A stretch of DNA of 55,911 nt, counting the filler, from Sluysia triapertura (taxonomy: Eukaryota): assembly GCA_046118255.1 (NCBI GenBank). It is 4 parts of 4 records of this genome, joined end to end, with 100 filler letters (N's around TTAATTAATTAA, not from the genome) between each part and the next. Parts side by side here need not be neighbours in the genome. Positions count along the whole stretch, not along the records: positions 16,766 to 28,461 come from JBJNIA010178586.1; positions 28,562 to 44,412 come from JBJNIA010217140.1; 2 more parts are not named here. One strand, 5' to 3'. Positions 25,381 through 39,077 of this stretch are shown here, one piece after another; within the stretch, counting starts at the first letter, position 1, and the number at the start of each line of letters is the position of its first letter. Made by a program: the position numbers and the translations under genes. Under the pieces are notes generated by a model. It had not been told where the DNA came from, made no database searches, and was given only the letters and a program-made list of their open reading frames with translations.

Positions 25381-28326
25381 GTTTCTCTTCCACAATTTTA
25401 ACCAAAACTTTAATTGAATAAGTTTCTCATAAACAATCATTGGCACTGATTATTAACAATATGAAATAATATGTAATTATCAACAAAGTAATTTCATTAA
25501 TTTACGACTTATTTATTAATCGAGTTTTACTACTTTTAAAGTTTACAATTCTCAAAGTGTAAATATAATCTTTTAGCCCTTTTGCAAATTTTGAAATAAA
25601 ATTTAATTTTTATTAATCCCCAATATTATTTATAAATATAACTAAATCTAGCACAGTATAACAACAACAACAATAATAATAATATAATGCTTATAATTTA
25701 TAATATGTATTTTAAATACATAATTGGATACAAGCAGTGAACTGTTTCCAATGAAATCTTATATGTAACAAAAACATTTTGAGATAAATATAAGAACAAA
25801 TTGAATTATTGTAAAAAGATAAGAAAAATAAAATGGTGTGCCGATTTAAAAAAATCGAACATTGAGGAAATGATCCCAATATTTTAACACAATTAATTAA
25901 GTTGAACTTGATGAAGGACAAGAAACAAAATAGCATTTTCAACAAAAAAGAACATTTTTGATTTAGTAAGATATTTTAATTTATATTTATGTATGCAAAA
26001 TGATTTTATTTAAACAAAGTTATACCGTTAAAAGATATTACCTTTATTTATTACTTTCAAAATTTATTAAATTATGCATTATAAACATTGTTTTTAAGTT
26101 GTTTTTTTACTTATTTTGAAAAAGGTAACATTGAACGAAAAATATTCAATTGGAAACACAAGCTTAATAAATATTGGAAATACTCGTATTAATACAAACA
26201 AACTGTTCTGTCTAATTTAAATGATATATAACAATCACAATTAAACAGTATTAAACTTACCCAAATTTTAAAGTCATATATAAATTGTATGATATTAACT
26301 TAGTAGTCAGATATGGCATTTTTAAGAGGAAGACTCAATAAAACATTAAGGATTAAGATTTTCAAGAATTGACACCAAAAATGATACTTATACGTTTTAT
26401 TTGATTTTATTTATCTTTTTATTTTAATATGTTATTTGTTTTGAATTTATAATATTTTAAGAATCAAAAACTATAGACGATTATAAAAAAATGGCACATT
26501 TGAATGATACGCAATATAATAGATTACGTAAAGTACTCTATGCTGTCTGGAAAAACCGTAAAATTGATTGGATTCTTATGAAATTACCAATTCGAGCTTG
26601 GAATGAATTCGTACATTTATTTCGCAGTTTTATTTCGTCTGGATTTTTACCTGAGGCATTTTTAGTATTCGATTGTCCGCCAGCTCGGTGAACCTCAAAA
26701 ATATTGATTAAATAAATTCCTGCATATTTCTTTTTCTTAAATATGAACATAATATTATATATGATTTTCTTTATAGCACTAATTAGTTAAACATTTGTGT
26801 AATAAATATTATTATTTATCTAATAAGTAATTCTTTAAAAATGAAACAAATTTTTAATTATTTATTTTATACTTATAAATTTAAATAGAATAAATTTGTT
26901 AAAATATAGATAGGAATATTTATTTACTTTTTTAAGCACACTAACAATTCGAGATTAAAATAAATAACATTTATTCCGCAGTTTTATTTCATACGGAAAC
27001 CTTTTTGGATTCTATGGATTAAATATAAAGACGCTTTAAGACTGTAACATTATTTTATTGAATATTGTGATTTATAATTGTCGATAAATTCTTTGAAAAT
27101 AGTTCTAGCAAAAGATTCGTTCTATAAATAATATTTATTATTATGCTTCAGGTTGGGTACTTATTAAAATACTATATTGTTATTATGTATGAAAATGTGA
27201 AATAATAGATAACTATTTATTACTATTATACTTATGACTGGTCATTAAATAATTTGCAATATTTAATAATCTAGAATATTTTACAATATCTAGAATATTC
27301 AATAATCCTAACAGTTTTAATAGTCTACTACTTTTAAATATATGTTAAAATAGAAATTTGATTTATAACAAAAGTTGTTAAATACCTTCCACTACATCAT
27401 TATTAAATTTAGACATGTTTGATATATTAACTTCATCTGTATCACGAATTTATAACAATAAATTCGGCGCAAGCATTTTATAATTACTTTTGTTTTTTAT
27501 TTTATTAGATTAGCTTAATATTTAAGAAAGCTATGTTTTGCTAACATTGACATGTTCATTATAAATAGATGTATGCATTTTTTGATAAGATTTAAATTGT
27601 CGCATGGATTCATAGCATACTTATTAAGTATACAATTTTAGTAATAAATTAGCTACTTATTAATAATGAATATTTTGTAATTTTGAAATAAATTTCGTAT
27701 GTCTATAGTTATTATATTGTTATTTTAATAATGATTGTTCCTATATTGATATAAATAAACACTTTATTTCATTTTACTGTAAACCAAAAGATTCCAATAG
27801 TAACAATTATTTCAATACTAACTTTAATCGAAATACAAATACTGGTATAAAATTTGCTAAAATCAGTTACTTAACAAATCAAACAAACTCCAACAAATAA
27901 GATACTATACTGCTAACAAACATTAATAAATGTTTACTTATTTAAAATACAACATAAACTATATTAAACTAGCTTCACAAGCATACTAAACTGAACATTA
28001 CATAAAAATATATGTACGATATAATAATAAGCATAACCATAATAATAATCATAATAATATTAATAATCAGAATAATAATAATAATAATCATCATCATCAC
28101 CATCATAAAATTTTACCACTGTCCAATTATAACGTGAGATATAACACACCTTTCATCATGAATGAATATTCATAATCAAATATTTGTTATATTAATTAGG
28201 AGAATTCGTGATTCTCGATAAATATCATTATTTATTTATAAAACTAATTTAATTTATTTATTAGTCTCCTTGTTTTATTATGGTAAAACTGAACCACCAA
28301 TATTGTAAAGTGACTTGAATCTTAGT

Positions 28327-28461
28327 TAGGGTTACCATTTTTTTTCGCCAAACCGGGACGGTCAAATTTTTTTCAACACCCCTTCCCCCTCCCCAAAAAA
28401 ATTTTTTTTGTGTTTTTCATTGTACATATATAATTAATTAATTACCTGTATACTAAAAAGT
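28327..28461. mobile_element. hAT (Blackjack-like) terminus truncated by the gap
   Basis: TAGGGTTACCAT...AAACCGGGAC is a typical Blackjack-type end. Confidence 0.6.
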
Positions 28462-28561
28462 NNNNNNNNNNNNNNNNNNNNNNNNNNNNNNNNNNNNNNN
28501 NNNNNTTAATTAATTAANNNNNNNNNNNNNNNNNNNNNNNNNNNNNNNNNNNNNNNNNNNN
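28462..28561. other. Artificial assembly spacer
   Basis: N44-TTAATTAATTAA-N44. Confidence 0.98.
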
Positions 28562-28638
28562 AGGAGAAACATGAGGTTCCTTCACGAAACCCATGGGCTC
28601 GAAGGGTTCCTAGAAGTATAAAAGGTTGAAGACCCCTG
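28562..28638. mobile_element. hAT (Charlie/Buster-like) terminus
   Basis: ...GGGTTCC...AAAAGGTTGAAGACCCCTG followed by GCTTAGAG, a Buster-type target with central TA. Confidence 0.7.
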
Positions 28639-30270
28639 GCTTAGAGTAATTTACAAATTACCGGTATACTTCACTTTGAATCAATGCTATTATCCAAAAT
28701 AATCTAAATAGCTACATTATTTAAATTATTAATCATATTATCCGCAACATAATTCACAATAGCGTTATTCAAGAATATCGGTAATGCTATGTCGAATATA
28801 TGCTACGATATTAGATACCTAATCCAAAATAACGGTAATGTTAGTCCACAATTATTTATAAAGCAATTTACTCTGCGTTGTACACTGAAAAACACCTTAT
28901 AGTATCTTCGTATATTCATTTTAGCCAATAATCTCATTCTACAATAATCCTCCAACAATAATGTTTTCTGCGCTTATTTTTTTATTAGGGCAATTCTATA
29001 TTTTCACTAACAATGTACAGTAATGTTATTATTATTGTTGAAAAATGATTACATTAACTTACAGAATGAAAATATGTATCTAGTCTTACATGTTATGGCA
29101 GACCGTTGGATTCTAAAGAAGTAGCAACGTGAATATTAATCTCAAATACCTTATTAATAACGTTTAGTATTACTTCTTACTTAGGTGCGTAAACAATTGT
29201 ACGGCTTATTAAGCGAAGGTATTATAAATTCTGCTATTTCGAATATTTGTTTTATTACATTTGTCAAATTAATGCGGTTTAATTAAAACTTTTTATAGGT
29301 TATTGATCGTATAGATAAAATTTTACAATAGGTGCTTCTTGAATAGGATCGTTATACAAATTTTCATTTGTTAGTAATTAAATGTAACTGGATCAATGAA
29401 TTCAATGTGTTATTCCGATATTGAAAAATCGGCTTTTTATGAAAACACTTAGAACAGAATGATTTTAATCAATTTAAAATAATGAATCTGATAAAAACAA
29501 AGGTTATTTTATACAAATTAGATCAAATACCATTTTTATTACAAATAAGAATAAAAACTTACACAAATTATAATCAAGGTTAAGATTATTTTTTAAATAT
29601 TTACTAGATTAATAATATTGTCGTTAATCTTAAAAACAAAAAATCAATCAATAAATATTATTATTAAATATTCTGAATACGTATAAAATTGAAAAATCAA
29701 AAAATATTATTTTATTGTGTTATAGACATAATATACACAAAACAAATTTAGATTGTCTATTTACATTATTATTATTTTGTTAATTACATCTTAATAAAAT
29801 AAAGTTATTCAACTATTGCCATCGTGACTATTTTCATTACTGACTGATATTTCATGATATTTATTAAAGTGAAATAAAATTTCTTAGTAATTTTGTGAAG
29901 ATAAATTAAAATAGAGCTTGAAAGTGCTTGTAATGAATATTTGTGAATATTTTGTTCGAAATAAAATTGTAGGTTGTGAAGCGAACTACCACATATACGT
30001 ACAACTAAAAATTAACTAAATGTAAGAAAATATAACCAACCCACTTATAATTCACATACATAATTGAAATTGAGAAATTGAGAAAGTAATGAAAAAACCT
30101 CGAATAAAAATAAACATTTTTATAATATTTTTCTAAATTTCTAATTGTCTATTGTTAATTTTGAATCAGATAAGTTGAACTTGTTTTCAATTATTTGATT
30201 AATTAAACAGAGTTTATTGTATTTTATATATATTTTTCTATTTTTACTTATTTTCTCCAAATTGGTTTAG

Positions 30271-30486
30271 GTAAGAAAGTAAGCACTGTTGATGATAACA
30301 ATTATGAACCTAATTTAATACCGACTTGGAAAGATATTTTACCGCTCGCTTTAGCAAAATTGACCTATCAAACAGCTGTACATACTCCTAGTATGTTAAA
30401 ACTAATGTTTGGACAAGTCAAGGAGGAAGTAAAATCGGCTGTCGATAAACAATTTGAAAAACAGCGAAAAGCAAAAGAATTGGAAG
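30271..30486 (+). CDS. DNAJC1: Internal host exon, DNAJC1 (MTJ1/ERdj1)-like
   Basis: Polypyrimidine tract and tttag| 216-nt open phase 1-1 exon |gtttgg. Encodes KKVSTVDDNNYEPNLIPTWKDILPLALAKLTYQTAVHTPSMLKLMFGQVKEEVKSAVDKQFEKQRKAKELE, resembling the remembered PxWxDLLP segment of DNAJC1. The exon is solid; the identity is less so. Confidence 0.55.
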
Positions 30487-31094
30487 GTTTGGTTTTATTA
30501 TAATAATAGATATTTCTTAAAATATTTAATAAGTTATCTTGATCATATTTTTTTAAAAGTGTTTGAAGTTGGGTGGCAAAGTTATCCTTTCTGTCTGCTA
30601 CATTTTTCAGGGTATATAATTGTTTAAATTCTAAAAGAATGTATTAATTATGTCTTTTTGAATAAAACGTCAATTTTGTTTGCAAGAAATTCAGCCTTGT
30701 TATGATTATTTTCACTAATTTTGTCAACATTATTATTAATCTTTTGTTTAATTAACTCGTTTGGTAAGTTATCTTAATGGTCAAGACCTTAACCTTTTTT
30801 GCCTGCGATAACTGTCTACTAATATATTATACTTTCATTGCTAATTAATTATCCAACTATTTTGTAATGAGGCACATTACATGCATCAAATACTATTTAT
30901 TTACTAGCAAATGAAATTTAATAATTAAAACAATATAAAATGAAGTGTTGAACGATTTCTCTTTAAAATAATAAATAAAACTGAAATTTTGTTCATAAAC
31001 AACATATTTTTTAAAAAGATGAATTTTAATCGATAATATAATTCCATTATATTACAATTTTTGTAAATTTAAGATTACTAATGAAATACTACAT

Positions 31095-34000
31095 CAGTGG
31101 CGTAGCTACGCTTTTATTATTTTTATATATTTAATTAACTTTTTTGTTCTTTTAAAAATATTAAAATATCAAATCCATTCATTTAAAAAATTAAATTATA
31201 ACTACAAAACAGTAATCATCCACGTAACGTCATCTATTGGTTTCGGAACTCCTATTATACCATAAGAAATGGGAACTCCTTATTTTTTTGTTACTTAAGA
31301 AAATTATACATTATGGACATTGAAGGCGAAGATAATATGAATAAAGATGACAGTACAAGAAAGTTGTCATCGAAATAAAACTGTAAAATGAAATTGTAAA
31401 ATAAAATTGTGTGTTTACGTCTAAAATTTGTTTTACATAGTATCAATTCGGCCTTGACCGAATTGAAACAATTAATAATTAAAACAAAAAATTAAAATCT
31501 TTAAAATTTTAAAATTAAAGCTTTTTCTGATCACGTTAATTTTTATAATTTTTTAATTTAAAAATTACAGTTAATTAAAAATAAAATTACAATTTAAAAA
31601 ATTACTTTTATAAAATTTGAGATTTCCAAATAAAATTCGAAAATAAAATTCCTAAAATTCCAAATGAATGTTCAAAAACTAAAAAATTGATAAATGTGTA
31701 TAATAATTGTATGTTTATAGTTATATATAAATATAGTACATCAATCGGATCGAATAATAATAATAAGTAATTGTGTATTATTGTGGAATAATAATAATAA
31801 ATAATCATTGTGCATTATTGTTTATTGTGTATATTATTAACAGAAATATACTGAGGAAAATCGAATCCACAGATTTCGAAGGTCTCATTTCGAAATTTTA
31901 AAGTTCAAATGTTTGAAGATTTTGATGATTTAAATATGAATTTTCGATATTTAGTTGACACATTTAATAAATAAATATCAATTTAATAAACTTACTCTAA
32001 TAGGTTATTCAGTCAAAAATGTTGAACGAAATAAATTGACACTTTCAGTTATTTCTTTTGATTCTAGTTTTGTTACACAATCCCATATAAATCGCTATTG
32101 TTGAAAATAATGAAATTAAGTAATCGAAAAAAAATTCAGAAACAAACATTGTATATTAGAAGAACAAACTGAAACTGCTTCTTCGAAATTGGACGTAATA
32201 TCGGTTGAAATACATTTAGCTCATGATATTTTTCATTATGAATTTAATCCTTCCACGACAATAAAACAAGTTATTGAAACTGTTAATGAAGAACGAAATA
32301 TTTTAAAAAAGTATTGACCGATATACATATTCTCAAGAACCGATAAATAATGGAAATAGTAGTATTGATGATCAGCTTTACTATCGGATTATAAAGATTA
32401 TCAGTTTTCACTGGTCGAGTTAAAAAAATGTTTTTGTCTTCATGAAAGACTTGTGCTTAAGCCACTTTTTAATAAAATATAGAACAAAATTAACAATCAA
32501 ATTAAACATATATTCATTAAAATTTATTAATGCTTAGATTGACATTTATAAAAAAGTTCTTTTTAATTACAGTAAATGTTGTTGAAACTCGGGTTGACCT
32601 TTCCAGACCTTTTTTGAATTGCTCCTAAAGAATATTAATACAAAGAAACAATTATACAGTATTACCGTAAAATTGTGATACACAAAAAAATTGGCCCAAT
32701 GTTTAAATATTGATAGAAACTCGAAAATTATTGATGAAATAAGTAAATCAACTGATATTGGGCACTACATTAATGTTAAAGTTGCTGATGATATTAAAAG
32801 TTTATTAATTAATAATTCTTCTAATCACAAGGATAATTTACGAAGGATCCTGTTCAATAAAGTAGAAGTTTCAATGCTTCATACTATAATTTAAAGATAA
32901 AATGTGGAACAGTGCCACGGCCTTGGTTATGCTATTCAAAGTTATTGGATTCAGTATATTGCTGGTTATTTTCTAATCAAACAAATCAATGGTGTTCTGG
33001 ATTTCGGGATTGGAAAAACTTGTCGGAATAAATAAAAATGCATACACTATATGGATTGTTATAGAGTTTATGATTTATGAAACTTGCGAGAAATTCTCCA
33101 TCATTTCGTGGACATGATGAGTTAATTGGAAATGTTTACAATGGACATTTTTTTGTCTGAAGTTGAACTTTAGCAGATTATAAATGCCAACTGGTTCGAT
33201 TAAATATTTAAATCCAAAGTGAAATAATTCAATGTATTTGAGAAAATTTACTGGAAAAATTAATTACTAATATGAGATTAAGTTCGTGGTACTCCATTTT
33301 ACTTGATTATACTCAAGTTGACCAATTAAGCGTTATTAGATATGTACAAATTACTAGAAATCATAGAACCAATTGGTTTTGAAATAAAAGAACCAATGAA
33401 AATTATTTCTTTTTAAAGAAAAATTTGATTTAAGAATGTGATGAAAAGGATATATAATGGATTTCAAAAAAAATAAAAAAATTCAACCAAATGCTGAATA
33501 TATTCATTTGAATTTATTTTATAACTGAATTCATGCAAAAAATATTAACAGAGGTAAATTGTGCTTCAAAAGTTTTACAAAAAAAATAAAAGAAAAAAAC
33601 AATACAACTAAAATTAGATCTATTTAAAATGAAATTAAAAATGAAGCAATCGAGTTATCAAAATCCTGGGAAAAAGACAACCAAAAATAAATAACACTAT
33701 GATGAGCTAGCCGATGACAATGGATTCGAAACAAGAGAAGGTATTTTTAAAATTCAAGTTTATAATTTTGTAAGTGATCGTGTTGTAAATTAAATAAAAA
33801 GATTTGAACATATGGATAATGTTGTGAACTATTTTGACTTTTTAGAATCTAAAGAATTATTAAAATTATGAACAAAAGAAATAAGTTATAAATGCGACAA
33901 GTTACAAAAAACACCCACAATTACTAACAGTCATATTTGCTATACAGTTTACAAACTGTTTTGTTGAAAAGCGATTTAAATGAATCTATATTAATAAGGA

Positions 34001-34550
34001 ACTTTGCAAATATTATAATTGAAAAATTTAGTTCTTGGAAAGTGATTTATCTGATGTATATACAATGTTTATTATATTTTTTTCACTTTCCAGGTGACTA
34101 TTGCTACAGTAGAAAGAACATTAAGTTAACATTAAGCAAATTAAAAATTATAAAAGATTTAAAAAAGAAATTCAATTGGACAATCTCGTCTGAAGTATTT
34201 AGCATTGATTTTTATTGAGAATAAAGAAGCAAATCAATTAAATACTAAGACTGTGTTTGATAAATTTGCGGCTGCAACATCTAGACGAAAAAGAATTTAA
34301 ATATCTTTTTATACTTTTGTTTATATTCAAATATATTTTGCTTTTTATTTATAATCATTTTTTAACGTTTAACACTTGTACTTATTTGTACTTTAAAATG
34401 ATTATATATATGTATATGTTTTGCTTAATATATCTATTTCGTTCTCTTAAGTTGAAAAAATAATTTTCCTTCGTATAAACAGTTGAAATAAAAAAATATT
34501 AGTAAGGGCTCCGTACTTAGAATTTGCTTATGAACCTAGTTACGCCACTG
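31095..34550 (+). mobile_element. Near full-length decayed hAT transposon (ZMYM1-like/Tip100-type transposase)
   Basis: TIRs CAGTGGCGTAGCTA ... TAGTTACGCCACTG. Remnant motifs RPWLCYSKLLDSVYC, GFRDWKNL, FRGHDE, IRYV and TIATVERT..SKLKIIK (hAT dimerisation domain). The 8-bp TSD is degraded. Confidence 0.9.
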
Positions 34551-37500
34551 CACCACTATACTTGTTTGAATGGAGTAGACTACAAAAAATGTAATGCTAG
34601 AATTATTAGTCATTGTAAAATTAATTACATTAATTAAACAATTTCCCAAGTCAAACTTTTACTTTATAAAAACTACGTCAATAAAAATATTAATGATTCT
34701 TCCTAAATACATTAACTGCAAGTGCACATAGATATCACTTTATTGGTAATAAGAATTTTTGTATTATTAGTGTTTTTGTATTTTTACATTAATATTTATA
34801 TTTTGACCAAATATAATTTATCTTTCTGCTGATTGGAGATTATAGTTTTTGAGTAACTAAACGTGAAATCTGTTAACATTTTATTACACGTAATATCTAA
34901 TTGAAAAATATTTTGTCTAGTAGATTTTGTACTATCGTTTTACAAATTTCAATTCTGCGATTTTTTAAATCATTCATATTTCATTAAACTTCTTTACTTT
35001 ACCCATTCAATGTAACGGTGTCTTGTGATTCTTGATTATAAATAGTCAAGATCATTAACTAATGATCGAGGATTTATCTTTATGGAAGTCCACCGTTAAT
35101 CATTTGAACGATAAATACCTTTAAAGAATCAATATATTAATTTTGGCACATATAGATATTTGGTGTTGGAATTTATTACAAGATTGTAAATTGAATTAAA
35201 TTTTTGAATTTAATATTTAATAATAGGAATATTTAAACAATTCTCTTTATTTTATGAATATATTACGAAATGAATTTCCTACTTTTAACTTATGACTAAT
35301 GTTAAAACATGATTTTCGTAAATTTTTATTAAAATAATATTCGTTAAAATTATTTGTCCATAAATGTTTGCTAAAAAATTCTATTAATGATATTTTCGGA
35401 ATCTTGGCAATTAAATAACTAATTATAGAAAAATTAAAATAATGAAAATAAACTAAAAAGGATGTATTAAAATTTAATCTAATAATTTTAAGTGATTATA
35501 TGTTAATAATATATTGTATACTAGATTGTTAAAATGTTGATATACGCTTGTACATATTGGAGGACTGACTTCAGACGGAATAATGTTGATATAATAAATG
35601 ACTAAAAAAGAGAAATTAGAATTAATATTAAAATTAGAATTAAAGGATCGTAATTGTGAAATAAGGTAAAGTTTTCTTCTGCTTTTGAAATCGTATTACG
35701 ATTTATGAAATCTGAGTGTGATGTCTAATGAGTTGAAGTATGGCCACATAACATATAAGATATCATTCGTGTGAATTGCAACAACTTGTTGTAAATTTAT
35801 TTCATTAAATAAAATCATAACAATATCATTAGTTCTATGACTTGATAATAAATGTTCAATTAATACTACTCATTTGTCTAATTCATCATCACTTCTGTGA
35901 GTAATTTAAAGTAGAATAGAATAAATTTTAACGTGAGTTCACCAACGTACTGGACTTACCGGTTAGGGCCAGCCATTGGATTTGTGAATAAAAGAATTTC
36001 TTAAATAAGGCTAAAAGAAATGATCAAAAAGCTTTGCTAAATATTAAATTAGAGACGTCCGGAGGTAAGCTTGATACTCAAGAATTTTATAAGATTTTAC
36101 CAAAAAATTAATAATGATAATGTTATTTGATTAATTTTACGTTGATTCCTTGAAATGGAATCTTAAAAAATATTTTGCGTAATTGGATTTAAATTCCAAT
36201 TGTTGAAAACAATTTTGTCTACAGATTTTACAATCTACAACTATGTAAATTGAATAATAAATAATCTTCTTTAACAATTTATTATAAAACAGTGATAACT
36301 GGTAAAAATAAATAATATATAATATAATGATATTTTACGTGTTTTAACTCTGTAACGGTTAAAATTTCAAAAAATCTAATAGATTTTATCAAAGATTTTA
36401 CATGGGATCTATTATAAGATCCAAATAATTAACAAAATATTTTAAGTCAGATTTTTCGCTGATATTATACTAATATCGTACAATAATTAAACTAACGTAG
36501 TACAAAACAAAATTTGAAAAAATTCAGCTGGTTCTGAAACCGTAATTCTGGAACAAAATCTATTAAGAAAATTGTTAAAAAATTGTGAGATGTTTTCAAA
36601 ATTTAAGTTTATAATCTGACCTTCAGATTAAAACAAAAGTTTAGAATTTAGCTTATTGAAACAAAAAATAAAATGTATTTTATAAATTTATTTTATTTTA
36701 CGTTAGTTTAATTAATTTAATTAAAGATTTTATATTAATTAATTTTCAAAAATTTGTAAAATTAACAATAAATTAAACAATTAAAAATTATTAAAACTTA
36801 CATTTAATATGAAGATATAATTTCCAAAAATAACAAGTAATTTTACAATAAATAATTACAGTATGACTTTATACAAGTAATAAAATGAATAATATGTTTA
36901 TAAATAAATAATCAATAAGTATAATCACAATTAATTCAATAAGTGTGTAGTATATGTTACAAGTATATGCTACAAGTAAACAATCAATGAGTATGTAAGT
37001 ATTAAATTAAACAATCAATAAGTGTGTAGTATATGTTACATAAGGTTTGGAAAGATGTTTTGAAGTATGAAGACACCTTTGAATTTCTGAATCTCTGGAT
37101 CATTTGAGACCTTGTTGATCTTTTGGAATCTTTGAAGACGCTTGAGAACTTAATAAATTTTGGAGACCTTTGATTAATCTTATAAAATGTTTGGAACGTT
37201 TAAATTGTTCAAGAATTAAAATCACGGTTAATAATAATAAAGATAAATTTAATACATTAATAATTAAAAGAAAAATTAGAAAAAAGTTGAAAAAAGAATC
37301 AGGGTGGTGAAGATGAAAACATATAGAGCCTTCTGAGTACCGTATAAAGTATTTGACAACTTTCTAACCATAATAAAATCTTTAAACTTGGAATAATATA
37401 AGTTAAAATAATTACTTAATTAATTAAAATCTTAATTAACTTAATTAAGAAAAATTACGCTTGTGTGAATAACTTTGAATGAGGAGTTCTATGTTCAAAC

Positions 37501-38621
37501 TGTAATAATTTATGTATGTGTTTGAAAGAGACCTTCCAATGAAAGTAAGTTTTTACCGAGTTCACGCGAGGAGAGCCTCTATATTGAGTAAAGTCGAATT
37601 TTAATTAAAAATGATGAAATTTTTTAATTAAATAATGATGAAGAGGCGATGAATTAGATATAGAGTTATTGCTATGAAATAAGAGGATCCAAAAATTAGG
37701 TCGAAATGGTTTGTGAAATGGTTTGTTTCGGAAAGAGAACTTTAAACATTTTCATTTAAAAAATTGAGTGTGAGGATTTGAAAATTAATTAAACTGTAAA
37801 AACTATAGTTAAATTCATTATTTTAAATAGATCAAGTAGAGTAGACGAAAAATGAGAGTTGAATGTTAATCGAATTGCTTTGTTTTTGCTTGATAGATCT
37901 TTAATCTTTAAAGAGGTTTTGATGATTTGTGTAATAGTAATTTCTGATTGTGAGTTTGAAAGTGATTGGTCATACAGAAATTTAAAAACTAATGCTTAAT
38001 AAAAATAATAATAATAAAAAGAATAAAAATAATACTAATAAAATAATATATGAAAAATGCATAAATCCTAGATCATCCACACGATATGTCTTTTTTTCTT
38101 TTGTTTCTCAACATATAAATAAATAAAATGAAATAATAATATGTATATAAAGATAAAATAAAATGAAATGCATATACTTTATTTTTTTAGGTAAAAGTGT
38201 TTCTCTTTCTTATTTCTGTAAATGATCTTTATTTTCTTAGAACATGTATGATAAAATGAAACTTTATTTAAATTAAAATGCTTAGAATGGTTTTAAAGTG
38301 TGGGTTTAATGTTTTTCAAAGGTGGTAATAATTGAGTGTTGAAGAATTGTGAACTTGAAATGTTTAAGATTAATTTTAACATATGTATTTGATAATTTAA
38401 GATATAATTGTGGTTCTAATGTTATGATATAATGGATAAATTATTTTAAATGAAATTTTAAATGTACATTGATGGTTTTGAATGTAAGTTTGGTAATGTT
38501 AATTTTAATAAGTGTTTCATATTTATAATTTTATTTACAAAGTGTTTGTTTTTTAATAAAATTGTGATTAAAACTTTCTTTATAATGTTATTTACATTGT
38601 TATTAGAAAATATCTTAAAAT

Positions 38622-39077
38622 TTAAAATCTATTATAAGCTATATAAACCATAAAAGACATTCTAGCTAAAGAACATTTATTATTATTACTTTTATAAATT
38701 AAAATTTTTAAGTCTGGAGGTCCACTTATGCATAACCCCTTGAGACTTAATAATGTTCCACTACCGGAATAAAATTTAAAAATATCATCATTATTATTTA
38801 AAATTAAATTAAATTTTACTTTAGCAGAGTTTACATTATGATCACTGGTTATAACTTTGGGATTCGTTAACACAATGTGTTTAAGTAGTTCGATGATTTG
38901 TCCATTGTTCATATCGTGTTCATATTTACATTTATTACCATATTTTGAGCAAGCTGCTAAATTAGTTAAAGAAAATGGGCAGAAAGCAAAGTCACTAATT
39001 GCAGGATTCATTTTTATCTTAACATTCTTGTATTTGTATTGGTAAAAGGAATCGACTTTATAATCATTATCATGCAT
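38622..39077 (-). CDS. CCCH-type zinc finger protein ORF (cargo; probably the 3' part of a longer decayed gene starting near 39901)
   Basis: 151-aa ORF, the longest in the ORF track. FCPFSLTNLAACSKYGNKCKYEH = C-x9-C-x6-C-x3-H at 38916-38981. Confidence 0.6.
   Translation of the reverse strand: MHDNDYKVDSFYQYKYKNVKIKMNPAISDFAFCPFSLTNLAACSKYGNKCKYEHDMNNGQIIELLKHIVLTNPKVITSDHNVNSAKVKFNLILNNNDDIFKFYSGSGTLLSLKGLCISGPPDLKILIYKSNNNKCSLARMSFMVYIAYNRF

Noticed and set aside
25174-25446. Poly-Tyr ORF and similar I/L/Y/N-rich ORFs (22841-23159, 31608-31808, 43829-44041)
   Set aside because: Products of (TAA)n/(TTA)n microsatellites.
35933-35979. Hairpin as a hammerhead ribozyme, U1 snRNA (ACTTACC) or tRNA 3' end (..CACCA)
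   Set aside because: No CUGANGA/GAAA core, no rest of U1 or Sm site, and no cloverleaf.
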